Positions 1-7,250 of a stretch of DNA of 32,000 nt are shown one piece after another. The stretch is from Enterobacter phage EnA02. Under the pieces are notes generated by a model. That model did no database searches. It was not told the DNA's origin and saw nothing but the letters and a program-made list of their open reading frames with translations. The stretch lies in sequence record PQ096440.1; one strand, 5' to 3'. Numbering within the stretch: the stretch's first letter is position 1; every line of letters starts with the position of its first letter. Position numbers and translations under genes: made by a program.

Positions 1-564
1 AAATTTTTCAACATCTTCAAGACGAACAGGAACAGTAATTTCAATACCAGTCTGCTCACCTTCTTTCATTGGCTCAACAAACAGAGGACGAATATCAGGT
101 TCACCATTGTTCATTACAGCCATGTAACCACGAGCTTCGCCTTCGTGATAAGAAACTATAGTGAAAGATTTGGTATAGCTGAATGGAGATTTTGAACCAA
201 GACCAAGAGCACCAATGAAGTCGTTACTTTCAGCTTTTGTTGAAGCAAAGTAGCTGTTGTACAAACCAGGTTCTTCGTCATTCCCACGAATCTGGAAATC
301 ACTCATGCCTGGACCGAAGTCACGAATAATGAAACGTGGGTCTAACTTATTAGGGCACTTGATTTCACATGGAACGTCTTGCTTACCATTCAAAATGTGA
401 GCATCAAGCCAGTTAGTAGTCAATTCACGAACTACTGCCCGGATTTTGTTTTTGTACAACTTATCAGACAAAATCATAAAGGCCTTGGGAGAGGCCTGAA
501 TGGTGAATTTAGTTTTCTTACCAGCAGAACCTAAAACTTCTTCATTATCAGCAATTAATTTCAT
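1..564 (-). CDS. rIIA: RIIA membrane-associated protein, N-terminal part (runs off window)
   Basis: Minus-strand frame opens at CAT 562-564 and stays open to base 1: MKLIADNEEVLGSAGKKTKFTIQASPKAFMILSDKLY...NKIRAVVRELTTNCVDAH...DPRFIIRDFGPGMSDF...STKAESNDFIGALGLGSKSPFSYT. GHKL-ATPase-like motifs, close to recalled T4 rIIA; lies next to gene 39 as in T4. Confidence 0.93.
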   Translation of the reverse strand, partial: MKLIADNEEVLGSAGKKTKFTIQASPKAFMILSDKLYKNKIRAVVRELTTNWLDAHILNGKQDVPCEIKCPNKLDPRFIIRDFGPGMSDFQIRGNDEEPGLYNSYFASTKAESNDFIGALGLGSKSPFSYTKSFTIVSYHEGEARGYMAVMNNGEPDIRPLFVEPMKEGEQTGIEITVPVRLEDVEKF

Positions 565-569
565 ATCTC

Positions 570-776
570 TCAGTCACAGTGTCGTTTTATTAGGTTAGCT
601 ACGTCCAGAAGTTCTTCCGCTGTAGCCGTATCGGTGATAAAAATTTTATTACGAATTTCTTTAAAGCGTTCTTTGAATTCTTCAGCTTCTCCAATGTCAA
701 AGAAGCGCTGGATGATACGATACTCTTTGTAGATAGCATCGTCGAACAGTTCAGCAGAAGGTTTTAAAGTTAACAT
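570..776 (-). CDS. hypothetical protein, 68 aa
   Basis: ORF in a tightly packed co-directional array. Confidence 0.7.
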   Translation of the reverse strand: MLTLKPSAELFDDAIYKEYRIIQRFFDIGEAEEFKERFKEIRNKIFITDTATAEELLDVANLIKRHCD

Positions 777-1054
777 TTGATAGTTCCTATTGAGTTAAGG
801 ATTTTCGCCATTTGTTTTATTGTATACTTTTCTCGGCGATTGTAAACCACCTTCAACGCGAACGTACGAAGGTTCATAGGAATGGTCTGGCGAGTTTCAA
901 TACAGTTGACAATATAATCTATTGCCTGTTTGAATTTAATGTGATAGGGGTCATCTGGCGAACCTCCATGCTCAATGAGATGTCTTTCTCCATTCTGTTT
1001 GATACATTCTGCTACATTTTCAAGATTTACTAAAGTGCCATCTTCTAGAATCAT
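770..1054 (-). CDS. hypothetical protein, 94 aa
   Basis: ORF, co-directional, 7-nt overlap with the next gene. Confidence 0.7.
   Translation of the reverse strand: MILEDGTLVNLENVAECIKQNGERHLIEHGGSPDDPYHIKFKQAIDYIVNCIETRQTIPMNLRTFALKVVYNRREKYTIKQMAKILNSIGTIKC
819..846 (-). promoter_or_regulatory. candidate early (sigma70-type) promoter: TTTACA-N16-TACAAT
   Basis: Minus strand ggTTTACAatcgccgagaaaagtaTACAATa, inside the end of ORF 770..1054 and upstream of ORF 570..776. Confidence 0.45.
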
Positions 1055-1073
1055 CTGCCCACCTCATAAAAAT

Positions 1074-1093
1074 GGGACTCCCGAAGGAGTCCC
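1074..1093 (-). terminator. rho-independent terminator, GGGACTCC-TTCG-GGAGTCCC followed by ATTTTTA
   Basis: Perfect 8-bp stem with UUCG tetraloop and T-tract; identical 20-mer at 13428..13447. Confidence 0.85.
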
Positions 1094-1099
1094 TAATCA

Positions 1100-1255
1100 T
1101 TACCACGAAGCACGAGAAACAATGCCTGTGACTTTAGTATAAGAGCCGTTAGTATGTCTTACACGGATGGTGACAGTATCACCTGGGAGAGGCAGAGCAT
1201 CTCCCCACATGTAGCCGTAACTTCCATCTACTAATGTTACCCAAATCTGTGACAT
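1100..1255 (-). CDS. hypothetical small protein, 51 aa (below ORF-track cutoff)
   Basis: ATG 1255 with AAGGAG upstream: MSQIWVTLVDGSYGYMWGDALPLPGDTVTIRVRHTNGSYTKVTGIVSRASW*. Confidence 0.72.
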   Translation of the reverse strand: MSQIWVTLVDGSYGYMWGDALPLPGDTVTIRVRHTNGSYTKVTGIVSRASW

Positions 1256-1291
1256 AATAGCTCCTTATTGTACCGGGCAAGACGCCCGATA

Positions 1292-1299
1292 TATTTATT
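1292..1299 (-). promoter_or_regulatory. candidate T4-type late promoter core AATAAATA
   Basis: AATAAATA (7/8 match to TATAAATA) overlapping the gene 39 stop codon, about 37 nt upstream of ATG 1255. Confidence 0.3.
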
Positions 1300-3139
1300 C
1301 GCTCATCCAGACCTTGCGTGGAGCAGCGTCGTCACCCATAACCATTTCGAAGAGTTCTTTCCAGTTTTCTGGAAGAGAAACTACATCATAATGAGGATGC
1401 TGAATTACTCGCTCATATTCATCTTCTTCAAGAGAACCAAGTCCTTTGATGTAACGAAGTTTCCAACCAACAAGTTTATCTTTCTCAGCTTCGTATTCAG
1501 CTGCCGTGTAATACCACTTCTGCTGTTCGCCTTTACTCATAATGATAACAGGAGTTTTGACGAAGCGAATTCGACCTTCTTCAAACAGACGAGGCCAATT
1601 ACTGAAGAATGCCAGAAGACTTGGATAGATTGAACCTGTTCCATCAACATCTGCATCAGTCATGATAGCAATGTTTTTGTAGTTCAGACTTTCATAATCT
1701 TCACCAATAGTCAATCCAGTGATTGCGCAGATATCAAAGACTTCTTTGTTCTTCATTGCTTCTGCCGCAGTCATTCCCCATGTGTTCAAGAATTTACCAC
1801 GAAGTGGATAACCACCATGAAGTTTACGGTCACGAGTAGTCAGAAGATAGCCGATTGCAGAATCACCTTCTGTTAAGAACAAAGTGGTTTCTTCTTTATC
1901 ATTACCATAAAGTTCTGGTTTAATATGTTTAGCAACCTTAGCTTTTGAAGCGGCTTTTGCAGCTTTAGTTTCAGCAGCTTTCTCAGCAGCCAATTTACGA
2001 GCTAACATAGCTTCAATAATCGGCATATGAATTGCCTCAGACTTCATAACTTGTTGAGCAAGTTTTTTGTAGTCTAAATCCAAATGAGCTTTAACTTCGC
2101 CCCATGGAGATGTAAGACGCTCTTTAGTCTGAGAATCAAATCGCATATTGCTCATATCACGAACGAACATTACGAAAGTAAAACACTCTTTGATACGAGC
2201 TTTGTTTACTTCCAATTTGTACTTGCGTTTGAGCATTGGGATAAGTTCATTTGACAATTCATCAACAACCAAGTCCACGTGAGAACCACCCTTAGAAGTA
2301 TGGATGTTGTTCACATAAGTTAGTTGGCGGAAACCATCGTCAGAACGACTAATTGCAATTGAACACTTTTCAGAATCTGCAATTACTGCTTCTTCATCAA
2401 ACTGTTTAGCGAATTTCTTAAATCCACCGTTGACTTTCTTACCCTGGAATTTGAATTCAATATCCGGAAAAACTACGGCTAAAGTTTGAAGACGGTCAAA
2501 TACAATTGACTCATCAGCTTCAGTTAACCCTGAACTTTCGAAGTGACTGAAGTCAGGAATGAACGATACTCGAGTTCCGGTCTTGGTTTGAATGAACTCT
2601 TTTTCCTTTGCTGGCTTACTATCCCAAGAGATATTCTCAGCCCCATTAGAGCATCGAACGATGATTTCGTTTTGTCCGTCACAAGTAGCTCCTGCGAAAG
2701 TTACAGAGAAAATATTAGTCAATGCAGAACCGACACCATTCATACCACCAGTTTTACGTTCTGCATCATCACCAAAATTACCACCAGCACGTGGACGTGT
2801 CCAAGCAGCTACTGGTCCAGGAATTTCATCACCTTCCGGAGTGACAACCGGAGCTTGTGGAAGACCGCGTCCGTTATCTGTTACAATAACTTTATTGCCT
2901 TTAAGCTCAACAGAAATTTTATTTGCGAATTTGAAGTTCGTACGAATTGCTTCATCGACTGAGTTATCAATGATTTCGTCAATCAGCTTAATAATACCAG
3001 GAACATAAGTTACTGCTTGAAATTTCCCAAACAGAAAACGTTCATGGGCTTCCATAGCTGAAGAGCCGATATACATTCCACTACGTTTAATGATATGCTC
3101 TCGGTCTGACAGAATTTTAATTTCGTTCTTAATCATCAT
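1295..3139 (-). CDS. 39: DNA topoisomerase II large subunit, fused gp39/gp60 form
   Basis: GHKL ATPase motifs (IDEIIDNSVDEA, VTDNGRGLP), TOPRIM motifs (LFLTEGDSAIGYL, IMTDADVDG), conserved C-terminal YIKGLGSLEEDEYE. Start trimmed from 3169 to ATG 3139, which has a GAGG ribosome site. Confidence 0.95.
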   Translation of the reverse strand: MMIKNEIKILSDREHIIKRSGMYIGSSAMEAHERFLFGKFQAVTYVPGIIKLIDEIIDNSVDEAIRTNFKFANKISVELKGNKVIVTDNGRGLPQAPVVTPEGDEIPGPVAAWTRPRAGGNFGDDAERKTGGMNGVGSALTNIFSVTFAGATCDGQNEIIVRCSNGAENISWDSKPAKEKEFIQTKTGTRVSFIPDFSHFESSGLTEADESIVFDRLQTLAVVFPDIEFKFQGKKVNGGFKKFAKQFDEEAVIADSEKCSIAISRSDDGFRQLTYVNNIHTSKGGSHVDLVVDELSNELIPMLKRKYKLEVNKARIKECFTFVMFVRDMSNMRFDSQTKERLTSPWGEVKAHLDLDYKKLAQQVMKSEAIHMPIIEAMLARKLAAEKAAETKAAKAASKAKVAKHIKPELYGNDKEETTLFLTEGDSAIGYLLTTRDRKLHGGYPLRGKFLNTWGMTAAEAMKNKEVFDICAITGLTIGEDYESLNYKNIAIMTDADVDGTGSIYPSLLAFFSNWPRLFEEGRIRFVKTPVIIMSKGEQQKWYYTAAEYEAEKDKLVGWKLRYIKGLGSLEEDEYERVIQHPHYDVVSLPENWKELFEMVMGDDAAPRKVWMSE

Positions 3140-3159
3140 TTGTCCTCGTTTAGGTGAAC

Positions 3160-3186
3160 ATTCTAACATTCAAATCTTAAAGCATT
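3160..3186 (-). promoter_or_regulatory. candidate MotA-dependent middle promoter for gene 39
   Basis: AATGCTTTA (3178..3186), 12-nt spacer, TAGAAT (3160..3165). Confidence 0.72.
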
Positions 3187-3571
3187 ACATCCGAGAGATT
3201 TTTTCTTCAAGTTCAGCTTTATATTGTAGTAAATGGGTTTTAGCTTCTTCACCGAAAATAGGGTTATAGCTTGGATGATATGCAGCCCACGGTGCAGAAC
3301 TATAAACCTTTTTATAGAACTTATGACGTACTTCACGAGAATTCGTATATGCGTAAATATCAACACCGTAATATGCTTCGCACTCATAGCTTCCATCTTC
3401 ATTTTGATGAACATGCTCATGACGAATTTCATAGTACTTTTCAAACCAAATATAGCTTCCATCGACTACACGAGTTGGCCAAAAAGCAAACTTCCAGCGC
3501 CCAAGTGCGCTATTCACAATTTTGAGTTGCTTGAGCAAATTTTTATACTCTACCGTCAATCCAAATCTCAT
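3185..3571 (-). CDS. hypothetical protein, about 128 aa, start trimmed to MRFGLTVEYKNLLKQ
   Basis: ORF; GAGGAG upstream of ATG 3571. The first 27 codons of the tracked ORF are terminator plus promoter sequence. Confidence 0.8.
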   Translation of the reverse strand: MRFGLTVEYKNLLKQLKIVNSALGRWKFAFWPTRVVDGSYIWFEKYYEIRHEHVHQNEDGSYECEAYYGVDIYAYTNSREVRHKFYKKVYSSAPWAAYHPSYNPIFGEEAKTHLLQYKAELEEKISRM

Positions 3572-3596
3572 AATGTTCTCCTCTTTTGGTAGAGCT

Positions 3597-3625
3597 ATTT
3601 TATCATACTTTGTAGAGAAAGTAAA
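3597..3625 (-). promoter_or_regulatory. candidate early promoter TTTACT-N17-TAAAAT
   Basis: Minus strand gTTTACTttctctacaaagtatgaTAAAATag between a terminator and a GAGGAG ribosome site. Confidence 0.7.
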
Positions 3626-3629
3626 CAAC

Positions 3630-3649
3630 AAAGGGCCCGAAGGCCCTTT
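3630..3649 (-). terminator. rho-independent terminator AAAGGGCC-TTCG-GGCCCTTT
   Basis: Perfect 8-bp stem with UUCG loop, downstream of the GDSL gene, followed by GTTGTTT. Confidence 0.75.
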
Positions 3650-3651
3650 CA

Positions 3652-5187
3652 TTATACTTTACTTTGCAGAACGTTAGTGAACTGCGAACCACGCCAGAAG
3701 TAGCCCTGGTCATTCGGGTGAACGTTATCGGAAGAAGTATAAAGATTCGAGTTTTCTTCTGTTACCCAACCTTTAACATCTACGAACTCTAAGTTGAGTT
3801 CAGTGGTAAGTTCAATCAGTGCGTCACGAACCGCTGCAATTTGGTCAGTCATTCCAAGAGGAGTTGCTGGTCCAAATACGATAATTTTAGCTTGTGGCTG
3901 ATATTGCTTAATCAGAGCAATAGACTCTCTGAAGTTAGTTTTAAGCAAATCAATTCTACCAGCCGGAGCATCATTATAACCTAAAGCTAAAGTGATGATA
4001 TCCGGAGTGAAACTCAGAGTTGCAAGCTTAGCTGTGATACGAGCTTGAGGCTGAGTAGAAGTAGTTGAAGTCCAACCAGAACCACCGATGCCATCAGCTA
4101 ATCCAACTAAACCAAGCTTATCACAATAGAAACGGAAGTCGTTAAACGATGCTTGAGTTGCCATTGTACCGAAGGTGTAAGAGTCACCAAGCTGCCAAAT
4201 CATCTTAGCAGGACGAGTAATTGCTGTGATAGTTTTTCCGGTATCGACATAAATTCCACCAAAGGCAGTATTCACACCAACCAGAGAATATTCACGCATT
4301 TGCTCAACACCGTTCCAATCGATGCTATAAATGTAAACTGCACCTGATGAATCTGTGGTAATAGAAGTATCAGATACGCGTTGACCGTCTACATAAAGAT
4401 CGTATTTGGAGTTGTTACCAGCTAATTTGAAATCAACTTTACTTGAATCGGTTTTGAAATTAACCCGACATTGAGTTCCATTTCCAGTGCCATTTCCTCT
4501 AAATCCGGAAACAGCATCTTTGATATCAGAACCCCAATAAGTGATTTTGGCATCTGTACGAGCAATTGTTACGCCAGCATAAATTGTTGAAGCTACACCA
4601 GCGTTAGTCGTTACCGTGAATTTAGCTCCAGTACCAGTACCACCAGTTGCTTCAATTTCTCCAGTAGGAGCAGTTTTGTACACTCCAGGTTTGCGAATTT
4701 GAGCTGTTGTAATTGCACCATCGCCACCTACAGCAGTTACTCGAATCTGTCCAGGAACATCTCCTTCTGCTCCAGGGATATCAACAATATCACCGAATAC
4801 ATATCCAGTACCGCCAGAAACTATTGTAGCATTTCCAGATAATCCGACACCTTTAACCAATTTTTGAGTAGGCGGATTTGACATTACTGCAACGGGTTGA
4901 AGCATTGGTCCTAGCGGTGGCTGAGGGTCTGGACCATCTACGGTATATTCGCTTAATGTGTATTGATAGCCATTTTTAGATTCAATGAAATTAACTTCAC
5001 CATAATCTATATAAGCTTGTTTGAGAGTGTCAATTTGAAGGGCATATTGAGGGTCGGCGTATTCACGCCAATCTTTACCTTCTTCCTTGGCTTTAATAAG
5101 GATGTTATGAATCCACCAAGGAAGGTAAAGAAAACTTGTATTACGCCACGGAATAGGATGTACCGTGGTCCAAATATCTGTAGCCAT
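3652..5187 (-). CDS. putative GDSL/SGNH-family hydrolase (esterase) with glycine-rich beta-type N-terminal region, 511 aa
   Basis: Block I GDSYTFG (Ser336), block III-like LGYND, block V DNVHPN (D487/H490); N-terminal repeat-like SGGTGYVFGDIVDIPG / GVYKTAPTGEIEATGGTGTGAKF. Confidence 0.8.
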   Translation of the reverse strand: MATDIWTTVHPIPWRNTSFLYLPWWIHNILIKAKEEGKDWREYADPQYALQIDTLKQAYIDYGEVNFIESKNGYQYTLSEYTVDGPDPQPPLGPMLQPVAVMSNPPTQKLVKGVGLSGNATIVSGGTGYVFGDIVDIPGAEGDVPGQIRVTAVGGDGAITTAQIRKPGVYKTAPTGEIEATGGTGTGAKFTVTTNAGVASTIYAGVTIARTDAKITYWGSDIKDAVSGFRGNGTGNGTQCRVNFKTDSSKVDFKLAGNNSKYDLYVDGQRVSDTSITTDSSGAVYIYSIDWNGVEQMREYSLVGVNTAFGGIYVDTGKTITAITRPAKMIWQLGDSYTFGTMATQASFNDFRFYCDKLGLVGLADGIGGSGWTSTTSTQPQARITAKLATLSFTPDIITLALGYNDAPAGRIDLLKTNFRESIALIKQYQPQAKIIVFGPATPLGMTDQIAAVRDALIELTTELNLEFVDVKGWVTEENSNLYTSSDNVHPNDQGYFWRGSQFTNVLQSKV

Positions 5188-5211
5188 AATGTTCTCCTTA
5201 TAGTCTACAGA

Positions 5212-5219
5212 TATTTATT
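5212..5219 (-). promoter_or_regulatory. candidate late promoter core AATAAATA
   Basis: AATAAATA about 25 nt upstream of ATG 5187, followed by an AAGGAGA ribosome site. Confidence 0.35.
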
Positions 5220-5431
5220 TAAGTTTTACTAAAGAAAGGATGCTCGTGGATAAAATTATGAGGCCAAGCAGCTAAAGAACGAGCATTGCGCTTTAATTGA
5301 CGTAATTGCCGGCGAGTTAATGGTGTTGAAGTATAGCTTGAAATTGTGCGCTTATTAATTTTGACTGAAGTCATAAAAGTCAAATCTTCGCGGTATGGAT
5401 GTTTGCCAAAACTCTTTTTAATTTCCATCAT
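5219..5431 (-). CDS. hypothetical basic protein, 70 aa
   Basis: ORF, 4-nt overlap with upstream gene. Confidence 0.6.
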   Translation of the reverse strand: MMEIKKSFGKHPYREDLTFMTSVKINKRTISSYTSTPLTRRQLRQLKRNARSLAAWPHNFIHEHPFFSKT

Positions 5432-5688
5432 TCAAACCTGATAGTTGAATTTTTGAACAGAATACCAGAACAAACAGCACCTTCTACTTTAACACCAGTA
5501 GGACCAACTGCTTTAAATCCGGTAGATTGAGTATCTTTTTCTGAGCAAGAGAACCAAGAATAACCGGTGATTTCAATATTGCTGAAACCATTTGCTTCAA
5601 GAATACGAGTAGCATTATCTGCATCAGTGCATCCAGCTACACCAAAAGCAAATAAAGCAGATACAATAGTACGATTAATGTATTTCAT
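5428..5688 (-). CDS. predicted lipoprotein, 86 aa
   Basis: Signal peptide and lipobox: MKYINRTIVSALFAFGVAGC|TDADNATRILEANGFSNIEITGY. Confidence 0.8.
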   Translation of the reverse strand: MKYINRTIVSALFAFGVAGCTDADNATRILEANGFSNIEITGYSWFSCSEKDTQSTGFKAVGPTGVKVEGAVCSGILFKNSTIRFE

Positions 5689-5779
5689 TTCTTCACCAGT
5701 TTGTAGGTTTTTCCATTATGGAGTTTAACAATCCGGCTTTCGCCGGATTTCATGAATTTAATACGTGGACGAGTACCCA

Positions 5780-5956
5780 TTAGTAATCACCACTTTTAAG
5801 TCCATCATAATGAACCGCCGGAGCAGAAACTACTCGTTTCATTTCACCTTCACAGTTCAAGAATTTACATGGCTGTGAATTGTCACGTTCAGAAATTTTA
5901 ACATTCTTTTCTGATTTTTCACCGCAAGCTTCACACTGATAATCATACAATGGCAT
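5780..5956 (-). CDS. FmdB-like zinc-ribbon protein, 58 aa (missing from ORF track)
   Basis: MPLYDYQCEACGEKSEKNVKISERDNSQPCKFLNCEGEMKRVVSAPAVHYDGLKSGDY*; CxxC...C...C ribbon with the MP(L/I)Y(D/E)Y start typical of FmdB-type proteins. Confidence 0.82.
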   Translation of the reverse strand: MPLYDYQCEACGEKSEKNVKISERDNSQPCKFLNCEGEMKRVVSAPAVHYDGLKSGDY

Positions 5957-6290
5957 TGACAGCCTCCGACCACTTTTTAGTTTTAAGACGAAGTTGACGA
6001 TTCAACTCTTCAGTAACTGCAAGAGCAACTTCTTCATGAGAAGCTCCATCCATATTTTCACGCATATGCAACCAAAGAGCATCAATTACGCAATTAATTA
6101 CATCTGCACATTCGCCTGCGAAGATTTCTTTCTGACGATGAGGACGATTAATCCAATCACACATTTCGCCAGTTTCTGAAGAAAGTTGCAGCATAACAGA
6201 CGTAATGTTGCGCCATGGCTTGGTTTCAGTGTATCTAGCAGATACTTGGAGTACCGGAGTGATATCTAATACTTGCATTATTTCTTCCAT
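5943..6290 (-). CDS. MazG-like / all-alpha NTP pyrophosphohydrolase-like protein
   Basis: LQLSSETGEMCDWINR...FAGECADVINCVIDALWLH: ExxE/ExxD arrangement typical of MazG-like folds. Confidence 0.55.
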   Translation of the reverse strand: MEEIMQVLDITPVLQVSARYTETKPWRNITSVMLQLSSETGEMCDWINRPHRQKEIFAGECADVINCVIDALWLHMRENMDGASHEEVALAVTEELNRQLRLKTKKWSEAVNAIV

Positions 6291-6961
6291 TTCATAGTTT
6301 GAAGAATTTCAATAGCTTTCTTACGTTCAACTTCGCTTTCGATTTTGAACACCATCACGCCTTCAACTTCTGCATTCCACTCTTCAGGTTCTTTGATAGC
6401 AGCAATCTGCTCATCTAAAGATTCCATACTACAAATTGGGCTACAATCATCAAATTCTTCAACATCCGAAATTACTTCAAAGTAACGATATTCACCAGGA
6501 GTGAAAGTGATTTTCATCTTAGTGATGTAACCATCGTTGTGAATGTATTCAATTTCTAAAGTGCGTTCGCAGTCATTCATCATTTTAGAAACTTTGAACA
6601 CTTTAGTTCCAACTTCTTTGACGAAGCGAGAGTTAATTGAAGATGCTCCGATAGCACGGAGATTAGTGCATTTGTATACTACTCCTGCACGCCAGCTACC
6701 GCCACCAGTTACATCTTCGAAGTATTCACGCTCATCGGGAGTGATATAGAATCCGTCCCAAGATGTTTCACCAGTTCCTTCGAAACGAACCTTAGTTGCT
6801 GAATCACCATTGCAATCTTCCTGTACTTCAAGAACAGTGAATTCAGGACCCTTAGATTTGATATCGTCTAAAAGTCTTTCGTTATGAAAACTGTGTGACA
6901 AGAAAAGCTCTTCATTTTCTTCTGGGAGACGATAAGTACGACCTTTAACGAAATTAGGCAT
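6278..6961 (-). CDS. hypothetical protein, about 227 aa, start trimmed to MPNFVKGRTYRLPEENEE
   Basis: Tracked ORF starts at 7102 but overlaps ORF 6954..7187; ATG 6961 gives a compact junction. Confidence 0.75.
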   Translation of the reverse strand: MPNFVKGRTYRLPEENEELFLSHSFHNERLLDDIKSKGPEFTVLEVQEDCNGDSATKVRFEGTGETSWDGFYITPDEREYFEDVTGGGSWRAGVVYKCTNLRAIGASSINSRFVKEVGTKVFKVSKMMNDCERTLEIEYIHNDGYITKMKITFTPGEYRYFEVISDVEEFDDCSPICSMESLDEQIAAIKEPEEWNAEVEGVMVFKIESEVERKKAIEILQTMKWKK

Positions 6962-7187
6962 TATAAGTTTCCTTCCAGCAAGATGAACCATCTTCTGTGA
7001 TTTCACGGAAGACACCGTAGATTGGCATTGTGTCTTCCACATTAGCGAAGACATAAACTGCCTGAGTAAAAGACAGATGGTCGTTCCAGTCTTTCTGTAC
7101 AACTACCAGGTCTGGATTATAGAGAGTATCTTCAAATTCACGGCCCGTGCAGTTCATTGTAACAGTAGCAGTAGGTTTCTGTTTCAT
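6954..7187 (-). CDS. hypothetical protein, 77 aa
   Basis: ORF; GAGGAG upstream of ATG 7187 and promoter at 7218..7246. Confidence 0.75.
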   Translation of the reverse strand: MKQKPTATVTMNCTGREFEDTLYNPDLVVVQKDWNDHLSFTQAVYVFANVEDTMPIYGVFREITEDGSSCWKETYNA

Positions 7188-7217
7188 GATTTTCTCCTCA
7201 TTTGTTTTGATAGGGCT

Positions 7218-7246
7218 ATAGTATCATAGCCCTCAAAGAAAGTAAA
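7218..7246 (-). promoter_or_regulatory. candidate early promoter TTTACT-N17-TACTAT within a palindrome
   Basis: ccgTTTACTttctttgagggctatgaTACTATagccc; arms GGGCTAT/ATAGCCC at 7213..7232. Confidence 0.6.
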
Positions 7247-7250
7247 CGGT

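Noticed and set aside
1274-1288. CGGGC-GTCTT-GCCCG hairpin after gene 39 as a terminator
   Set aside because: Only 5 bp and followed by GGTACAATAAG, no T-tract; perhaps a 5' leader structure.
1268-1633. Plus-strand ORF of 121 aa
   Set aside because: Antisense to the gene 39 C-terminus; shadow ORF.
2543-3008. Plus-strand ORFs 2543..2962 and 2592..3008
   Set aside because: Antisense to the well-supported gene 39; amino acid composition and lack of a plausible ribosome site suggest shadow ORFs.
3163-3462. Minus-strand ORF 3163..3462, 99 aa
   Set aside because: Overlaps ORF 3185..3571 in another frame and reads through the MotA box region; the longer frame has the better start and ribosome site.
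5730-5749. AATCCGGC-GAAA-GCCGGATT hairpin as a confident terminator
   Set aside because: Perfect 8-bp stem in the gap between 5780..5956 and 5428..5688, but the minus-strand tail is GTTAAAC with no real T-tract, so direction and function remain unclear.
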